Assembly (NCBI GenBank): GCA_052033715.1
Contig: JBPOJJ010000001.1
Location: forward strand, 1,331-65,330
Length of the DNA stretch: 64,000 nucleotides
Reading direction: 5' to 3'
From: Patescibacteria group bacterium
Lineage (GTDB): Bacteria > Patescibacteriota > Minisyncoccia > Phycocordibacterales > CSBR16-119
Part shown: positions 17,898 through 27,697 of the stretch, piece after piece
Numbering within the stretch: the stretch's first letter is position 1
Layout: every line of letters begins with the position of its first letter
Notes under the pieces: model-generated
Databases searched by the model: none
Seen by the model: only the letters and a program-made list of their open reading frames with translations
Told to the model about the DNA's origin: nothing
Translations under genes and position numbers: made by a program

Positions 17898-18998
17898 TCA
17901 AGAGTGGATGAGCCGAACGATATCCTTGTAACTAATAAAAAGCATGAGGAGAATAAGAGCGCTAAAACCTACAAAGTTAATCAGATTCAGAACTCGGTAG
18001 CTAACTCTTCCCCCTTTTACCTTCTCGATCAAGAGGAACAGCAACCTTCCCCCGTCGAGCGCCGGAAAAGGAATGAGATTGATAATTCCGAGATTAATCG
18101 AGATCATGGCGGTGAAAGTCATGAGGTACGCGAAGCCCATTTTACTCGCATCACCCACAAGTCCGACAATACCGATTGGTCCCGTAAGTGACGATAGATT
18201 AGCGCCTCCGACAAAAATTCCTTTGACTAACGACCAGAGCGCTTCAGCAATATTTGCAATCATGATGCCGGTGAATTTGAAACTATCGAGCACGGCATTG
18301 GTAAAATTCGGCTTATAGATTCCATAATTTTCAAGAGCCACGCCAAGTAAGATCTCGCCTTCTGCATTGAGTGCGGGCTTTATCTCGATATTTTTCTTTT
18401 CTTCGTCTCTTATGTAGCCGAGATTAAAAGTTTCTTCTGGATTGGCGATGACGAGAGCTCTCAAGGAATCGCTATTTTGAACTTCGAAGTCTTCACCTTT
18501 TACTTGAACTGATTCGATGACATCACCGACGACAAGTCCCGCGACTTCGGCCGGAGAATTTTCTGACACGTCGGTAACGATCGTCATCTGGCCAGAAACA
18601 AAACGCTCATCCATTGATGGATCAATCGATGTCGGAAGTCCGACAAAAAGCGTGACGAGAAGGACAAGCCAAGCAAAAAGAAAATTCATAAAAGGTCCAG
18701 CGAAAAGTACGGCCGCCTGAAGTGGTTTTGATTTGTTTACAAAAGCTGAATTTTTGTGAATACCGGTCAGAGATTCGTCGTCTGGATTTTCGCCGAAAAT
18801 TTTTACGAAACCCCCAAAAGGTAGCCAGTTTAGAGTGAAGTCCGTTCCATTACGACGAAAAAGCGTCTTGGCACGTGGCGGATAACCAAGACCAAATTCA
18901 TCGACTCTAATTCCCCCTTTCTTGGCCACGATAAAATGCCCGTATTCGTGGACGATGATGAGGATTGCTAGGATGATTATGAAAAGTATGACAGACAC
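17898..18998 (-). CDS. rseP: RIP site-2 zinc metalloprotease RseP (M50 family, with PDZ domain)
   Basis: 366 aa with a GTG start. Has HEYGHF (HExxH) in the first TM, a PDZ-like middle domain, and a second motif region ...LNLIPFPALDGGRLL. Confidence 0.8.
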   Translation of the reverse strand: MSVILFIIILAILIIVHEYGHFIVAKKGGIRVDEFGLGYPPRAKTLFRRNGTDFTLNWLPFGGFVKIFGENPDDESLTGIHKNSAFVNKSKPLQAAVLFAGPFMNFLFAWLVLLVTLFVGLPTSIDPSMDERFVSGQMTIVTDVSENSPAEVAGLVVGDVIESVQVKGEDFEVQNSDSLRALVIANPEETFNLGYIRDEEKKNIEIKPALNAEGEILLGVALENYGIYKPNFTNAVLDSFKFTGIMIANIAEALWSLVKGIFVGGANLSSLTGPIGIVGLVGDASKMGFAYLMTFTAMISINLGIINLIPFPALDGGRLLFLLIEKVKGGRVSYRVLNLINFVGFSALILLMLFISYKDIVRLIHS

Positions 18999-19002
18999 AA
19001 AA

Positions 19003-19557
19003 TTATTTACCCATTACGACTGATTCTTTGGCGCCGAAAATTTCTTCGAGACCCGAGTTAGCTTCATCAACCAGGTTTTGGATGCGTTCCTTGGCGCGAA
19101 TTTTTTCGTCTTCAGACATTTCGCCTTCACGAGACATGCGATCAATCTCACGCAGACTGTTCTCACGTTCTTTGCGGATAGTTACACGAGCGTCTTCGAG
19201 TTTCGTTTTCAAAACCTTAACCAACCTCTCGCGAGTCTCGGTCGTGAGCATTGGGAAGATGACTCGTAGACCAGTCGTGTCAATCGCGACCGAAAGCCCA
19301 AGGTCTGATGTGATGATTTCTTTCTCGATTTCTTTGAGTTGTTGCTTGTCCCAAGGCACGACACGTAAAGTTTTTGGATCTTCGATTGAAATAGAAGCGA
19401 CATTTTTGACCGGCTGACGTGTACCATACGAATCAACCATGATGCCGTCTAAGACCATCGGGCTTGCAGCGCCAGTATGGAGCGAGGCGTATTCTTTGGA
19501 GAGCCAATCTTTGGTATTTTTTACGCTGTCTTCGAAGGGTTTGAAATTAAATGACAT
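19003..19557 (-). CDS. frr: Ribosome recycling factor
   Basis: 184 aa. RRF pattern throughout (…PMVLDGIMVDSYGTRQPVKNVASISIEDPKTLRVVPWDK…). Confidence 0.9.
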   Translation of the reverse strand: MSFNFKPFEDSVKNTKDWLSKEYASLHTGAASPMVLDGIMVDSYGTRQPVKNVASISIEDPKTLRVVPWDKQQLKEIEKEIITSDLGLSVAIDTTGLRVIFPMLTTETRERLVKVLKTKLEDARVTIRKERENSLREIDRMSREGEMSEDEKIRAKERIQNLVDEANSGLEEIFGAKESVVMGK

Positions 19558-19585
19558 GGGGGTATTGTAGCAAAATTTTTGTTAG

Positions 19586-19624
19586 TAAAAAAGAAGAGCC
19601 CCGACCTTACGGGGTCGTGGCTCA
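19586..19624 (-). terminator. Rho-independent terminator of the GC-rich gene at 19679..20194
   Basis: Minus-strand reading gives GAGCCACGACCCCgtaaGGTCGGGGCTCttcttttttac. Confidence 0.5.
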
Positions 19625-19678
19625 TACTTCTTCGCCAATAGCGAGAAGGGTGGCGCTAGCCAGCAACAAGTTGCTGCA

Positions 19679-20194
19679 CTAACGCCAGGACGTTCGCCAC
19701 GCGCGCGCAGTGCTTGCGGGCGGCAGCATCACGAAGCTCTTGGTGCGATCTGCGGGGCTGTTGTTCTGCAAGCAATTCACCTGGGGGTTGAAGCTGGTGG
19801 CGTTGGCGCCATTTGCGTTCAGGTAATAGTGCGAATTGCCGAGATACAGGCCGCGCGTTGCGGTCACCACGTTCAGGTCCTTGTTCACAGGGCACATGCA
19901 CAAATGATCGATGTTCGCGAAGCGCGGGTGATCATCGAAGATCAGGATCTGCGCGTTGTAGTCGCCCACGGCCACGATCTGGTAGCTCTCGCGGTTCACG
20001 ATCGGGATCACCAGGCGGTCTGCATCGGCGTCGCGCATGGTCACCATCTTCATGCCTTCGTCGATCTGCTCGGTGCGCTGCACCACACGATCGTCGGGCG
20101 GCAGGTTGTTGGTCGGGGTGCACGCGGATGCGGGCGGCGAGGCGGCGAGGAATACAGCAGCGATTGCTGCCAGGTTCATGAAACGCGTATGCAT
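19679..20194 (-). CDS. Secreted hypothetical protein (signal peptide), strongly GC-elevated cassette (~60% GC)
   Basis: ATG at 20194 gives MHTRFMNLAAIAAVFLAASPPASACTP..., a signal peptide. The longer track ORF from 20266 is an over-extension. Many overlapping ORFs in all frames (19656..19901, 19813..20181, 19829..20239, 19932..20270, 20037..20246) are GC artefacts. Confidence 0.5.
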   Translation of the reverse strand: MHTRFMNLAAIAAVFLAASPPASACTPTNNLPPDDRVVQRTEQIDEGMKMVTMRDADADRLVIPIVNRESYQIVAVGDYNAQILIFDDHPRFANIDHLCMCPVNKDLNVVTATRGLYLGNSHYYLNANGANATSFNPQVNCLQNNSPADRTKSFVMLPPASTARAWRTSWR

Positions 20195-20302
20195 GTTGCG
20201 AACAGTTTTCTTGTGGCAACATCGCCACAAGGGTTGTAGTTCGTGAATTATTATACACACCCCCAAACACTTGTCAAGTCCAAAGTTGCGTGGTGTGTAA
20301 AT

Positions 20303-20971
20303 CTACAGAACTGCGGCCAAATGTTCTAGGAGAATTTTCGGACTTGAGCCCTGGTCGCCAATATATTTTTTGGCGAGATAGATGTCTTTGACTTTATCCT
20401 TGTCGGCCATCGTACCGCTCTTCCCCAATTCTTCTTCGAGTAGACTTAGAAAGTTTAGTGATTGTTCTTTTAGCATAACTTTCGATTCGATGTCAGTAAA
20501 CTTTTTCAAAAAATCGAGTCTGGATTTTATATTTGATTTCAAAAAGACTTTGGCGTCTTTCTTCAGGGACTCGTGCGGCGCGTATTCTCCGATAGTTCCG
20601 AGGAGTCTGGAACGAAGAGTTGGATAAAGTTTCGTCGACTCCGGCATAATGACGAAGATGACGACGCCTGGGCGTGGCTCTTCGAAGACTTTCAGAAGCG
20701 CGTTTTGGGCCGGATACGAAAACATCCGAGTTTTTAAAATGATGATTTTCTTTTTACCAAATTCCGAAACTGATTCACTTTGAAAATCCTTGATCTCGCG
20801 CGCGTGATCAATTAGAAGATTTTCGTATTCTTTTATAAAAATGTCTGGATTCCCGAGAGTTGGAATTTCCAAACGCTCGAGCGCTAAAATTAATTCTTTG
20901 AAAGAAAGCTCGACATCACCTTCGATGAGATATGCGTGATGTTCGAAACCATTTTTCAATAAATCTTGCAT
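20303..20971 (-). CDS. holB: DNA polymerase III delta-prime subunit (clamp-loader, degenerate AAA+)
   Basis: Box VII-like PAQNALLKVFEEP and sensor-2 TLRSRL are present. Start taken at ATG 20971 (MQDLLKNGFEHHAYLIEG), 2 nt after the mreB stop. Confidence 0.7.
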   Translation of the reverse strand: MQDLLKNGFEHHAYLIEGDVELSFKELILALERLEIPTLGNPDIFIKEYENLLIDHAREIKDFQSESVSEFGKKKIIILKTRMFSYPAQNALLKVFEEPRPGVVIFVIMPESTKLYPTLRSRLLGTIGEYAPHESLKKDAKVFLKSNIKSRLDFLKKFTDIESKVMLKEQSLNFLSLLEEELGKSGTMADKDKVKDIYLAKKYIGDQGSSPKILLEHLAAVL

Positions 20972-20972
20972 G

Positions 20973-21986
20973 CTATCTCTTTGAAATAATCGAACGTTTG
21001 TAAATGTCGAGATGATCAAGCGCGACACCGGTACCGCGAACGACGCAATAGAGCGGTTCGTCAGCCAGACGCGCCTTCACACCAGTTTTCTGATAAATAA
21101 GTTCTGGTAGATTTCGAAGCAAGGATGATCCACCTGTGAGAATTATACCTTGATCAATGATATCCGATGCGAGCTCTGGCGGAGTTTCTTGGAGGACGTC
21201 TTTGATAGCCTTGATAATAGCGCGAAGTTCTTTGTCGATCGCTTTGACAATATCATTCGTCGAAACTTGCGCCGTGCGCGGAAGTCCCTGGACGAAGTCA
21301 CGGCCTTTGATTGTCGCAAGTAACGGTTCTTCCATAGTCACGGCTGAGCCAATTTTTATTTTGACTTGTTCGGCCGTTCTGTCGCCAATCGCTAGGTTAA
21401 AAGTTTTCTTGATAAAGTCCGCAATCGCGAGGTCAATTTTATCTCCGGCCACTTTGACCGAAGTACAAGCTACAATTCCGCCAAGACAAATCACGGCCAC
21501 ATCAGTTGTGCCACCACCAATGTCGACAATCATGTGACCCTTGGATTCATAAATTGGAATTCCCGCGCCGATGGCTGCAAGAATTGGTTCTTTGACGATG
21601 TAAGCATTTTTGGCGCCAGCCTTGATTGTCGCTTCGACAACCGCGCGACGTTCAGTCGAAGTGACTCCAGCCGGAACCGAGACCATCACATCCGGTTTCC
21701 AAAGAGAGAAACTCCCCATAGCTCTCTGGATAAAATATTTGAGCATTGCCTCAGTCATGCGGTAATCAGCAATCACACCGTCTTTCATTGGTCGATGCGC
21801 GACAATGTTTTCGGGGGTTCGTCCGATCATTTGTTTAGCAGCGTCACCGATAGCCAAAATGCGATTGTCTTGTTCCGAAACAGCTACAACCGACGGTTCG
21901 TTCAAAACGACACCTTTGCCAGGAACATATACCAGGATGTTAGCCGTGCCCAAATCCACTCCGATTTTCTTGGAAAAAAATGCCAT
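20973..21986 (-). CDS. mreB: Rod-shape-determining actin homologue MreB
   Basis: Start at ATG 21986 (MAFFSKKIGVDLGTANILVYV). Phosphate-1/2 and adenosine motifs are present (DIGGGTTDVAV, ILTGGSSLLRNL). ~337 aa. Confidence 0.85.
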   Translation of the reverse strand: MAFFSKKIGVDLGTANILVYVPGKGVVLNEPSVVAVSEQDNRILAIGDAAKQMIGRTPENIVAHRPMKDGVIADYRMTEAMLKYFIQRAMGSFSLWKPDVMVSVPAGVTSTERRAVVEATIKAGAKNAYIVKEPILAAIGAGIPIYESKGHMIVDIGGGTTDVAVICLGGIVACTSVKVAGDKIDLAIADFIKKTFNLAIGDRTAEQVKIKIGSAVTMEEPLLATIKGRDFVQGLPRTAQVSTNDIVKAIDKELRAIIKAIKDVLQETPPELASDIIDQGIILTGGSSLLRNLPELIYQKTGVKARLADEPLYCVVRGTGVALDHLDIYKRSIISKR

Positions 21987-22106
21987 GTAGGAGGAGTATA
22001 GCATTTTTAGGCTTAAGCTAAATACCCTTGACTTTTACTGATACATATGTTACTATTTAGGCAACCTTTAGCTCACGTCAGGTTGACCTGACACAACACA
22101 AACCAC

Positions 22107-22343
22107 ATGAAAACTGGACCCCGCATCCTCGTCACTGCCCTCCTCGTGATCTCCCTGATCGGCTTCACCGGTGCCTACCGCAAGTTGAACGGACTGGAAC
22201 GCAACACGGGCTACGTAGCCCTGCACCATCCGGAAGCGTTCGCCAAGATGCACGCCGGTGATGGCATGATGTGCCTGTACATCGCAAGCGGATTCCTGCT
22301 GTTGGCCGCCGGCTTCGGATTGTTCCACAAGAAGCTGGTCTGA
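22107..22343 (+). CDS. Small hydrophobic membrane protein (two predicted TM helices), GC-elevated cassette
   Basis: 78 aa: MKTGPRILVTALLVISLIGFTGAY...MMCLYIASGFLLLAAGFGLF. GC is ~58%. It has its own downstream hairpin terminator and sits between mreB and murF. Confidence 0.45.
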   Translation: MKTGPRILVTALLVISLIGFTGAYRKLNGLERNTGYVALHHPEAFAKMHAGDGMMCLYIASGFLLLAAGFGLFHKKLV

Positions 22344-22363
22344 ACGACCACACCACTCGAAGA

Positions 22364-22397
22364 GCCCACCTGGCCTTCGGGTGGTTTCTTTTTTACA
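22364..22397 (+). terminator. Rho-independent terminator after the small membrane protein gene
   Basis: gcCCACCtggccttcgGGTGGtttcttttttac. Confidence 0.45.
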
Positions 22398-23649
22398 AAA
22401 TATTTTCTTTATAAACTTTCTCCATCGTCATTCCTCGCGAACCCTTGATGAGGATTAGAGCATTTTCGATTTTACTTTGTTTCAAATATTCTATGATTTC
22501 GTCTACTGTTCTAAAAATATTTTCATCTTTTTTGAGTTTAAAGAATTCTTCTCCGGCAAAATACGATTCGAATTTCAATTCTTTCACAATATCTAATACT
22601 CTTTGGTGTTCTTCTGGAGCATACTCGCCCATATCGAACATGTCCCCCAATATTACGACTTTTTTCTTATCAGTTTTTATTTTTGCAAAGTTTTCAAGTG
22701 CGAGACGCATGCTTTCGGGATTGGCATTGTACGCATCGAGGATTATTTCATTTTTATCTGTCACGACTTTCTGTGAGCGATTGTTGGTCGGCTCGTAAGA
22801 AGCAATTGCTTCGGCCATTTTATCCGCCGGCACGCCGAAATGTTTGCCAATCGTAAACGCTGCGCGGATGTTTTCGAGATTATAATCCCCTACAAACCTG
22901 GTTTGGATCACTTCTTCACCAATTTTTACTCGAAGATACTCCCCGCCCTCTAACACTACGCCATCAACATATTCTATATTCTCTAATTCGTGCGAATGAG
23001 AGACCAATAATTCGTCATGAGGATTTAGGAAATTTTGCCCACCATCTAGTTTGAAATAGTCATAGAGTTCAAGTTTGGCCTTGATACAATTTTCGAGTCC
23101 GCCGAATTCGCCGATGTGATCTTTGCCGATGTTCGTGATAAGCCCGAAATTCGGCTTGGCAATTTCGGTAAGCATCGCAATTTCACCGACATGATTATCT
23201 CCCATCTCTACGACTGCTATTTCGTGTTCGGGCTTGATTGCGAGAATCGTCATTGGTACACCGACATGATTGTTGAAACTTGCAGGACTCGCCAAAACGT
23301 TAAATTTTTTCGCAAGAACGGTTCTTGCGAGTTCTTTAGTTGTCGTTTTACCATTACTGCCTGTAATTGCAATAATCGGAATTTGTAGATTATCTCTGTG
23401 TATCCGAGCAAAGTCTTGCAAAGCTTTGGTCGAGTCAGACACGAATACACCCCTATCCATCGGCATGTCAGAATTTTCGGAGACAATAAAACTCGCGCCT
23501 TTCTCCAGTGCCTCGTTTATAAATTGATTCCCATCAAAATTTTCTCCACGAAGCGCAAAGAAAATATCACCCGGTGAAATTTTCCGAGTATCGGTCGAAA
23601 TATTTAAATTCTTCTCGAGAAAAATTTTGTAAAGTTCATCTAATGTCAT
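22393..23649 (-). CDS. murF: UDP-N-acetylmuramoyl-tripeptide--D-alanyl-D-alanine ligase
   Basis: 418 aa. Has the P-loop ITGSNGKTTTKE and a Mur ligase middle/C domain. It is last in the mur operon, consistent with MurF. Confidence 0.85.
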   Translation of the reverse strand: MTLDELYKIFLEKNLNISTDTRKISPGDIFFALRGENFDGNQFINEALEKGASFIVSENSDMPMDRGVFVSDSTKALQDFARIHRDNLQIPIIAITGSNGKTTTKELARTVLAKKFNVLASPASFNNHVGVPMTILAIKPEHEIAVVEMGDNHVGEIAMLTEIAKPNFGLITNIGKDHIGEFGGLENCIKAKLELYDYFKLDGGQNFLNPHDELLVSHSHELENIEYVDGVVLEGGEYLRVKIGEEVIQTRFVGDYNLENIRAAFTIGKHFGVPADKMAEAIASYEPTNNRSQKVVTDKNEIILDAYNANPESMRLALENFAKIKTDKKKVVILGDMFDMGEYAPEEHQRVLDIVKELKFESYFAGEEFFKLKKDENIFRTVDEIIEYLKQSKIENALILIKGSRGMTMEKVYKENIL

Positions 23650-24944
23650 ACAACCAATTCTTCAGCCAATAAATTCGTTTTGCCGGCGCCGACGGTCGCC
23701 ACAACCCAATTCTCGTCTGTCGTGTCGCTCACGATTTTCTTGACCTCGTCAAAATCTGAAACGGTCTCGGCAATATTTTTAAGTTTGTTTATCCCCGCCA
23801 CCAAATCTGCCGAAGAAATGTTTTGTTCTTCTTCATCGCGCGCCTTGAAAATCGGCAGAATCAAGACTTTGTCAAAGCCAGCAAGCGATTCGGCAAACTC
23901 ATCCAAAAAATCTTTGGTGCGGGACATCATGTGTGGCTGGAAAATTGCCATTATCTTCTTATCCACAAATTTTTCTCGAGCACCAGAGTAAAATGCTTTG
24001 ATCTCAGTCGGATGATGAGCATAGTCGTCATAAACTTCCGTACTCGTCTTCGTCTTGCCTTTGTATTCAAATCTTCGCCACACGCCACCAAAGCTCCGCA
24101 GGGAGTCCTCTACTTTTTCTTTCTCGGCGCCAAGAATTTCTAAAACTGAAATCGCCACACGAGCATTGTTTAAATTGTGCTCGCCTGGCATTTTTTCTAA
24201 TTTAAAATTAGACAAATCAAAATCTTTGTAATCAACTACTTTTGCCGAAATTCCCTCGACAACTTCGCGAACAACTTCGCTAGATAGATCCGTAACCACA
24301 AAACCGTTTTCTGGAACACGTTCTGCAAGTTCTCGAAAAGCGCTTTTGATATCCGCCAAGTCTTTGTAATAATCCAAATGATCGGCTTCAATGTTGTTGA
24401 TGACGAGGATATATGGATGTAAATTTAGGAATGATCGACGATACTCACAGCCCTCGACAACAAAATATTCACTTTTGCCTGGCAAGAAATTGCTCTTCCA
24501 TTCTTTCAAGAAACTTCCGACGATAACAGTCGGATCGAAACCCAGATCTTTCATCGCCTTTGCTATCATCGAGGTCGTCGTGGTCTTACCATGAGTACCC
24601 GTGACCGCGATGGTTTTTTTATTTTTGGAAATTATTGCTAGCGTTTCAGGATAAGACACGATTAGCAAATTTCTTTTTTTCGCCTCAACCATTTCCGGAT
24701 TGTCATCGGCAATCGCAATCGTGTACACGACTAAATCAGTTTCGGGTGAAATATTTTCAGCCGAAGCACCGATTTCGATTTGAACGCCCAAGTCTCGCAA
24801 AGCTTCTGTGACCATCGACTCGCTAATATCTGAGCCGGAAACTTTTTTCCCCTCGCCCAGAAACATCTGAGCTACGGCCGAAATGCCAATTCCGCCAACG
24901 CCAATGAAATGTATTTTTTTAAATTTGTCGAAATTTTCTATCAT
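23646..24944 (-). CDS. murC: UDP-N-acetylmuramate--L-alanine ligase
   Basis: 432 aa. N-terminus IHFIGVGGIGISAVAQMFL is the MurC Rossmann signature. P-loop is VTGTHGKTTTTSM. Confidence 0.9.
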   Translation of the reverse strand: MIENFDKFKKIHFIGVGGIGISAVAQMFLGEGKKVSGSDISESMVTEALRDLGVQIEIGASAENISPETDLVVYTIAIADDNPEMVEAKKRNLLIVSYPETLAIISKNKKTIAVTGTHGKTTTTSMIAKAMKDLGFDPTVIVGSFLKEWKSNFLPGKSEYFVVEGCEYRRSFLNLHPYILVINNIEADHLDYYKDLADIKSAFRELAERVPENGFVVTDLSSEVVREVVEGISAKVVDYKDFDLSNFKLEKMPGEHNLNNARVAISVLEILGAEKEKVEDSLRSFGGVWRRFEYKGKTKTSTEVYDDYAHHPTEIKAFYSGAREKFVDKKIMAIFQPHMMSRTKDFLDEFAESLAGFDKVLILPIFKARDEEEQNISSADLVAGINKLKNIAETVSDFDEVKKIVSDTTDENWVVATVGAGKTNLLAEELVV

Positions 24945-26266
24945 AAACTTTTGACCGCCATGTCGAACTGATCTCCTCGATCGAATTCGTTTTTGAAAAG
25001 CCCAAACGAAGCAAAGGCCGGTGACATGACAATAGTATCACCGCTTCCGGCATTTTTTAAAGCTTCCGTCACAGCCTCGCTCATATTTGAAACCATGACT
25101 GGATCAAATAAGAAACTTTTTACTTTATCGCTACCGCTACCTGGCAAGAGAATTATTTTTGCGACTTTTTCTTTGATCACTGGAAAAAGTTCATCCATAA
25201 AAAGTCCCTTGTCCGCGCCTCCCATAATTAAAATTAACTTTTTGTCCGGTGAATAAAGCGCCTTGATAGCGTTAATTGTCGCAATCGGGGTTGTAGCCGT
25301 CGTGTCGTTGTAAATTTTTACGTCATTAAACACACGTGCGAGCTCAAGACGCCCAGAAACACCAGAGAAGTTTTTTAAAGAAGTTTTTATAGAGCCTTTC
25401 TCCACACCCATTATTTCTGCCACCTTGGCGGCCAGCGCCGCGTTTATTCTATTGTGTTCGCCAGGAATTTGTAAATCAAAGTCTGGTAGAAAATCATTTA
25501 TTGATATCTCAAACTTCGTTGCTGCTGCTGCCCTTATGTCTTCTTTGAAATTTTCTGGAATATCCACGCCAAAAATCAAAAAGTCTTCTGGTTTCTGATT
25601 CTTGTAAATCAAGGCCTTATCAGTAAAATATAAATCTTTGTCGTCTTTGTAATAGTTGAGATGGTCATCATAGAAATTCGTAAACACCGCAATGTTGGGA
25701 CTCATGTTCAAATCCCCAAATCCCTGGAGTTGCCACGATGAAAGTTCCATGAGAACAATGTCGCCCTCGTGCACATTTTCAAGGAGAGGAAGCGTAGCCA
25801 TGCCACGGATATTGCCGCCAAGCAAATATTTCTTGTCAGAGTTTTTCAAGACCGCCTCGATCATCATCGTCGTTGTCGTCTTGCCACGCGTACCGGTCAC
25901 GCCAATAGTCGTAATCTTCGGCGCCAAATGCACAAAAAGCGCTTCATCCATGTAGACTGGTACATTATTTTTCTTAGCGTGTTCTATATATACAGAATCG
26001 AGTGGCACCCCGGCGGCTTTCAGAATAAAATCACGATTTTCAAAATCTTCCAAGCGGTGTTCGCCGAGTGTGAGTTTGATATTTGTAAAATCTTTAATCT
26101 CATCGAGTGATGTTTGAAGCTCTTCGGCAGACTTAAGATCCGTAACCAAAACTTCTTTACAATATTTCGCCAAAAATTTCACATCGTTAATTCCTCGACC
26201 CAAAAGTCCGAGACCCATGACTGTAACTTTTTTCTCAGCGAAAAAATTTTCAAAATCTTTTTTCAT
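24941..26266 (-). CDS. murD: UDP-N-acetylmuramoylalanine--D-glutamate ligase
   Basis: 441 aa. N-terminus VTVMGLGLLGRG is MurD-like. P-loop is VTGTRGKTTTT. Confidence 0.85.
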   Translation of the reverse strand: MKKDFENFFAEKKVTVMGLGLLGRGINDVKFLAKYCKEVLVTDLKSAEELQTSLDEIKDFTNIKLTLGEHRLEDFENRDFILKAAGVPLDSVYIEHAKKNNVPVYMDEALFVHLAPKITTIGVTGTRGKTTTTMMIEAVLKNSDKKYLLGGNIRGMATLPLLENVHEGDIVLMELSSWQLQGFGDLNMSPNIAVFTNFYDDHLNYYKDDKDLYFTDKALIYKNQKPEDFLIFGVDIPENFKEDIRAAAATKFEISINDFLPDFDLQIPGEHNRINAALAAKVAEIMGVEKGSIKTSLKNFSGVSGRLELARVFNDVKIYNDTTATTPIATINAIKALYSPDKKLILIMGGADKGLFMDELFPVIKEKVAKIILLPGSGSDKVKSFLFDPVMVSNMSEAVTEALKNAGSGDTIVMSPAFASFGLFKNEFDRGDQFDMAVKSL

Positions 26267-27696
26267 GATAAAAATTCTTTCAAAACTTCTAAATCAGAAA
26301 AATGACTTTTGACCCCAGCAATATCCTGATAATCTTCATGGCCCTTGCCGGCCACCAGAACAATGTCGCCAGATTCGGCGATCTCGACCGCACGCTTAAT
26401 GGCTTCACGACGATCTAAAATTATCTCGACGTTTGTTTTATCTTTTATGCTGGACAAAATATCGGTGACAATGTCTTCCGGGCGTTCACTTCGTGGGTTG
26501 TCTGATGTCACAATCGTGTAATCGCCCAAGCGTGTCGCGATATCCCCCATTACTGGTCTCTTGGTTTTGTCTCGATCTCCCCCAGCGCCAAAAACCGTTA
26601 TGACTTTTCCTGTTTTGAAACTATTCGTCGTCTTTAGTACGTTTTCAAGGGCGTCCGGAGTATGCGCGTAGTCAACGATCCCGAAAACTCCAGACTTCCC
26701 GATGATTTTCTCCATTCGACCGCGAGCCCCCTCGAGTTTGGAAATAGCTGACACGACATCTTCGACTTTGGCACCAAGTGTTGTCGCGGTCGCGAATATT
26801 GCCGCAATGTTGTAAGCATTAAATTCTCCAACAAGCGATGTAACGACCGCCGTATCATTTATGACAAGCTCCAGGCCTTCGGCCGAAGACTTCTTGGTCG
26901 CGAAGACAAAGTCCGCGGCCGCGTGACCATATGAAAGCCTCTTGGCGCGAGTATCCGCGACCATAAAACTCCCGCGATTGTCATCGGAATTGTAGAGGGC
27001 AAAAGATTGCTGCGACAAATTATCGAAAAATGCTTTTTTGACTTTGGCATATTCATCTAGTGTTTGATGATAATCCAAATGGTCTTGGGTCAAGTTCGTA
27101 AAAATCCCACCAGTAAAATCAATTCCGGCAATTCTTTTCTGATCAATGGCGTGCGAGCTGACCTCCATAAAACAATATTCCGTTCCCGCTTCACGCATTC
27201 TGGCCAAGTTTTCCTGGATTTGAATCGCGTCACCCGTAGTATGTGTAGCAGAAAAAACTTTTCCACCTATAATATTTTCAACGGTTGATAAAAGTCCGGA
27301 CCGACAACCCAGACTCGTGAAAAGTAGGTAAAGCATCGTCGCAATCGTCGTCTTACCATTCGTGCCAGTAACGCCCACGATTTTCATTTTTAAATCAGTG
27401 TTTCCAAAAAAGTTTTTAGTCGCGAGTCCAACAATTTCATTTGTATTTTTAACCCGAATATAAGTAACTTCCGGATTTAAATTCTCTGGCAATCTTTCAC
27501 AAACAATTATCTTCGCCCCGAGTTCGATCGCAGTATCGACGAAGGCATGCCCGTCAACCTTTGTTCCTGATACGGCAAAGAAAAGACTTCCGGGTTTTAT
27601 ATTTCTCGAATCAATAGACAAATACTCCACCGCCACATCCGTTGGGCCGATGGTTTCCAAGACTTCGATATTGTTTAAAATTTCATTTAATTTCAT
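26263..27696 (-). CDS. murE: UDP-N-acetylmuramoyl-L-alanyl-D-glutamate--2,6-diaminopimelate ligase (DNPR motif suggests the meso-DAP type)
   Basis: 477 aa. P-loop VTGTNGKTT, carbamoylated-Lys region TNLTQDHLDYH, and C-terminal TSDNPRSE. Confidence 0.9.
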   Translation of the reverse strand: MKLNEILNNIEVLETIGPTDVAVEYLSIDSRNIKPGSLFFAVSGTKVDGHAFVDTAIELGAKIIVCERLPENLNPEVTYIRVKNTNEIVGLATKNFFGNTDLKMKIVGVTGTNGKTTIATMLYLLFTSLGCRSGLLSTVENIIGGKVFSATHTTGDAIQIQENLARMREAGTEYCFMEVSSHAIDQKRIAGIDFTGGIFTNLTQDHLDYHQTLDEYAKVKKAFFDNLSQQSFALYNSDDNRGSFMVADTRAKRLSYGHAAADFVFATKKSSAEGLELVINDTAVVTSLVGEFNAYNIAAIFATATTLGAKVEDVVSAISKLEGARGRMEKIIGKSGVFGIVDYAHTPDALENVLKTTNSFKTGKVITVFGAGGDRDKTKRPVMGDIATRLGDYTIVTSDNPRSERPEDIVTDILSSIKDKTNVEIILDRREAIKRAVEIAESGDIVLVAGKGHEDYQDIAGVKSHFSDLEVLKEFLS

Positions 27697-27697
27697 A

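Noticed and set aside
19656-20270. Multiple overlapping ORFs on both strands (19656..19901, 19813..20181, 19829..20239, 19932..20270, 20037..20246)
   Set aside because: These are typical open-frame artefacts of ~60% GC DNA. Only the frame with a signal peptide starting at ATG 20194 is retained.
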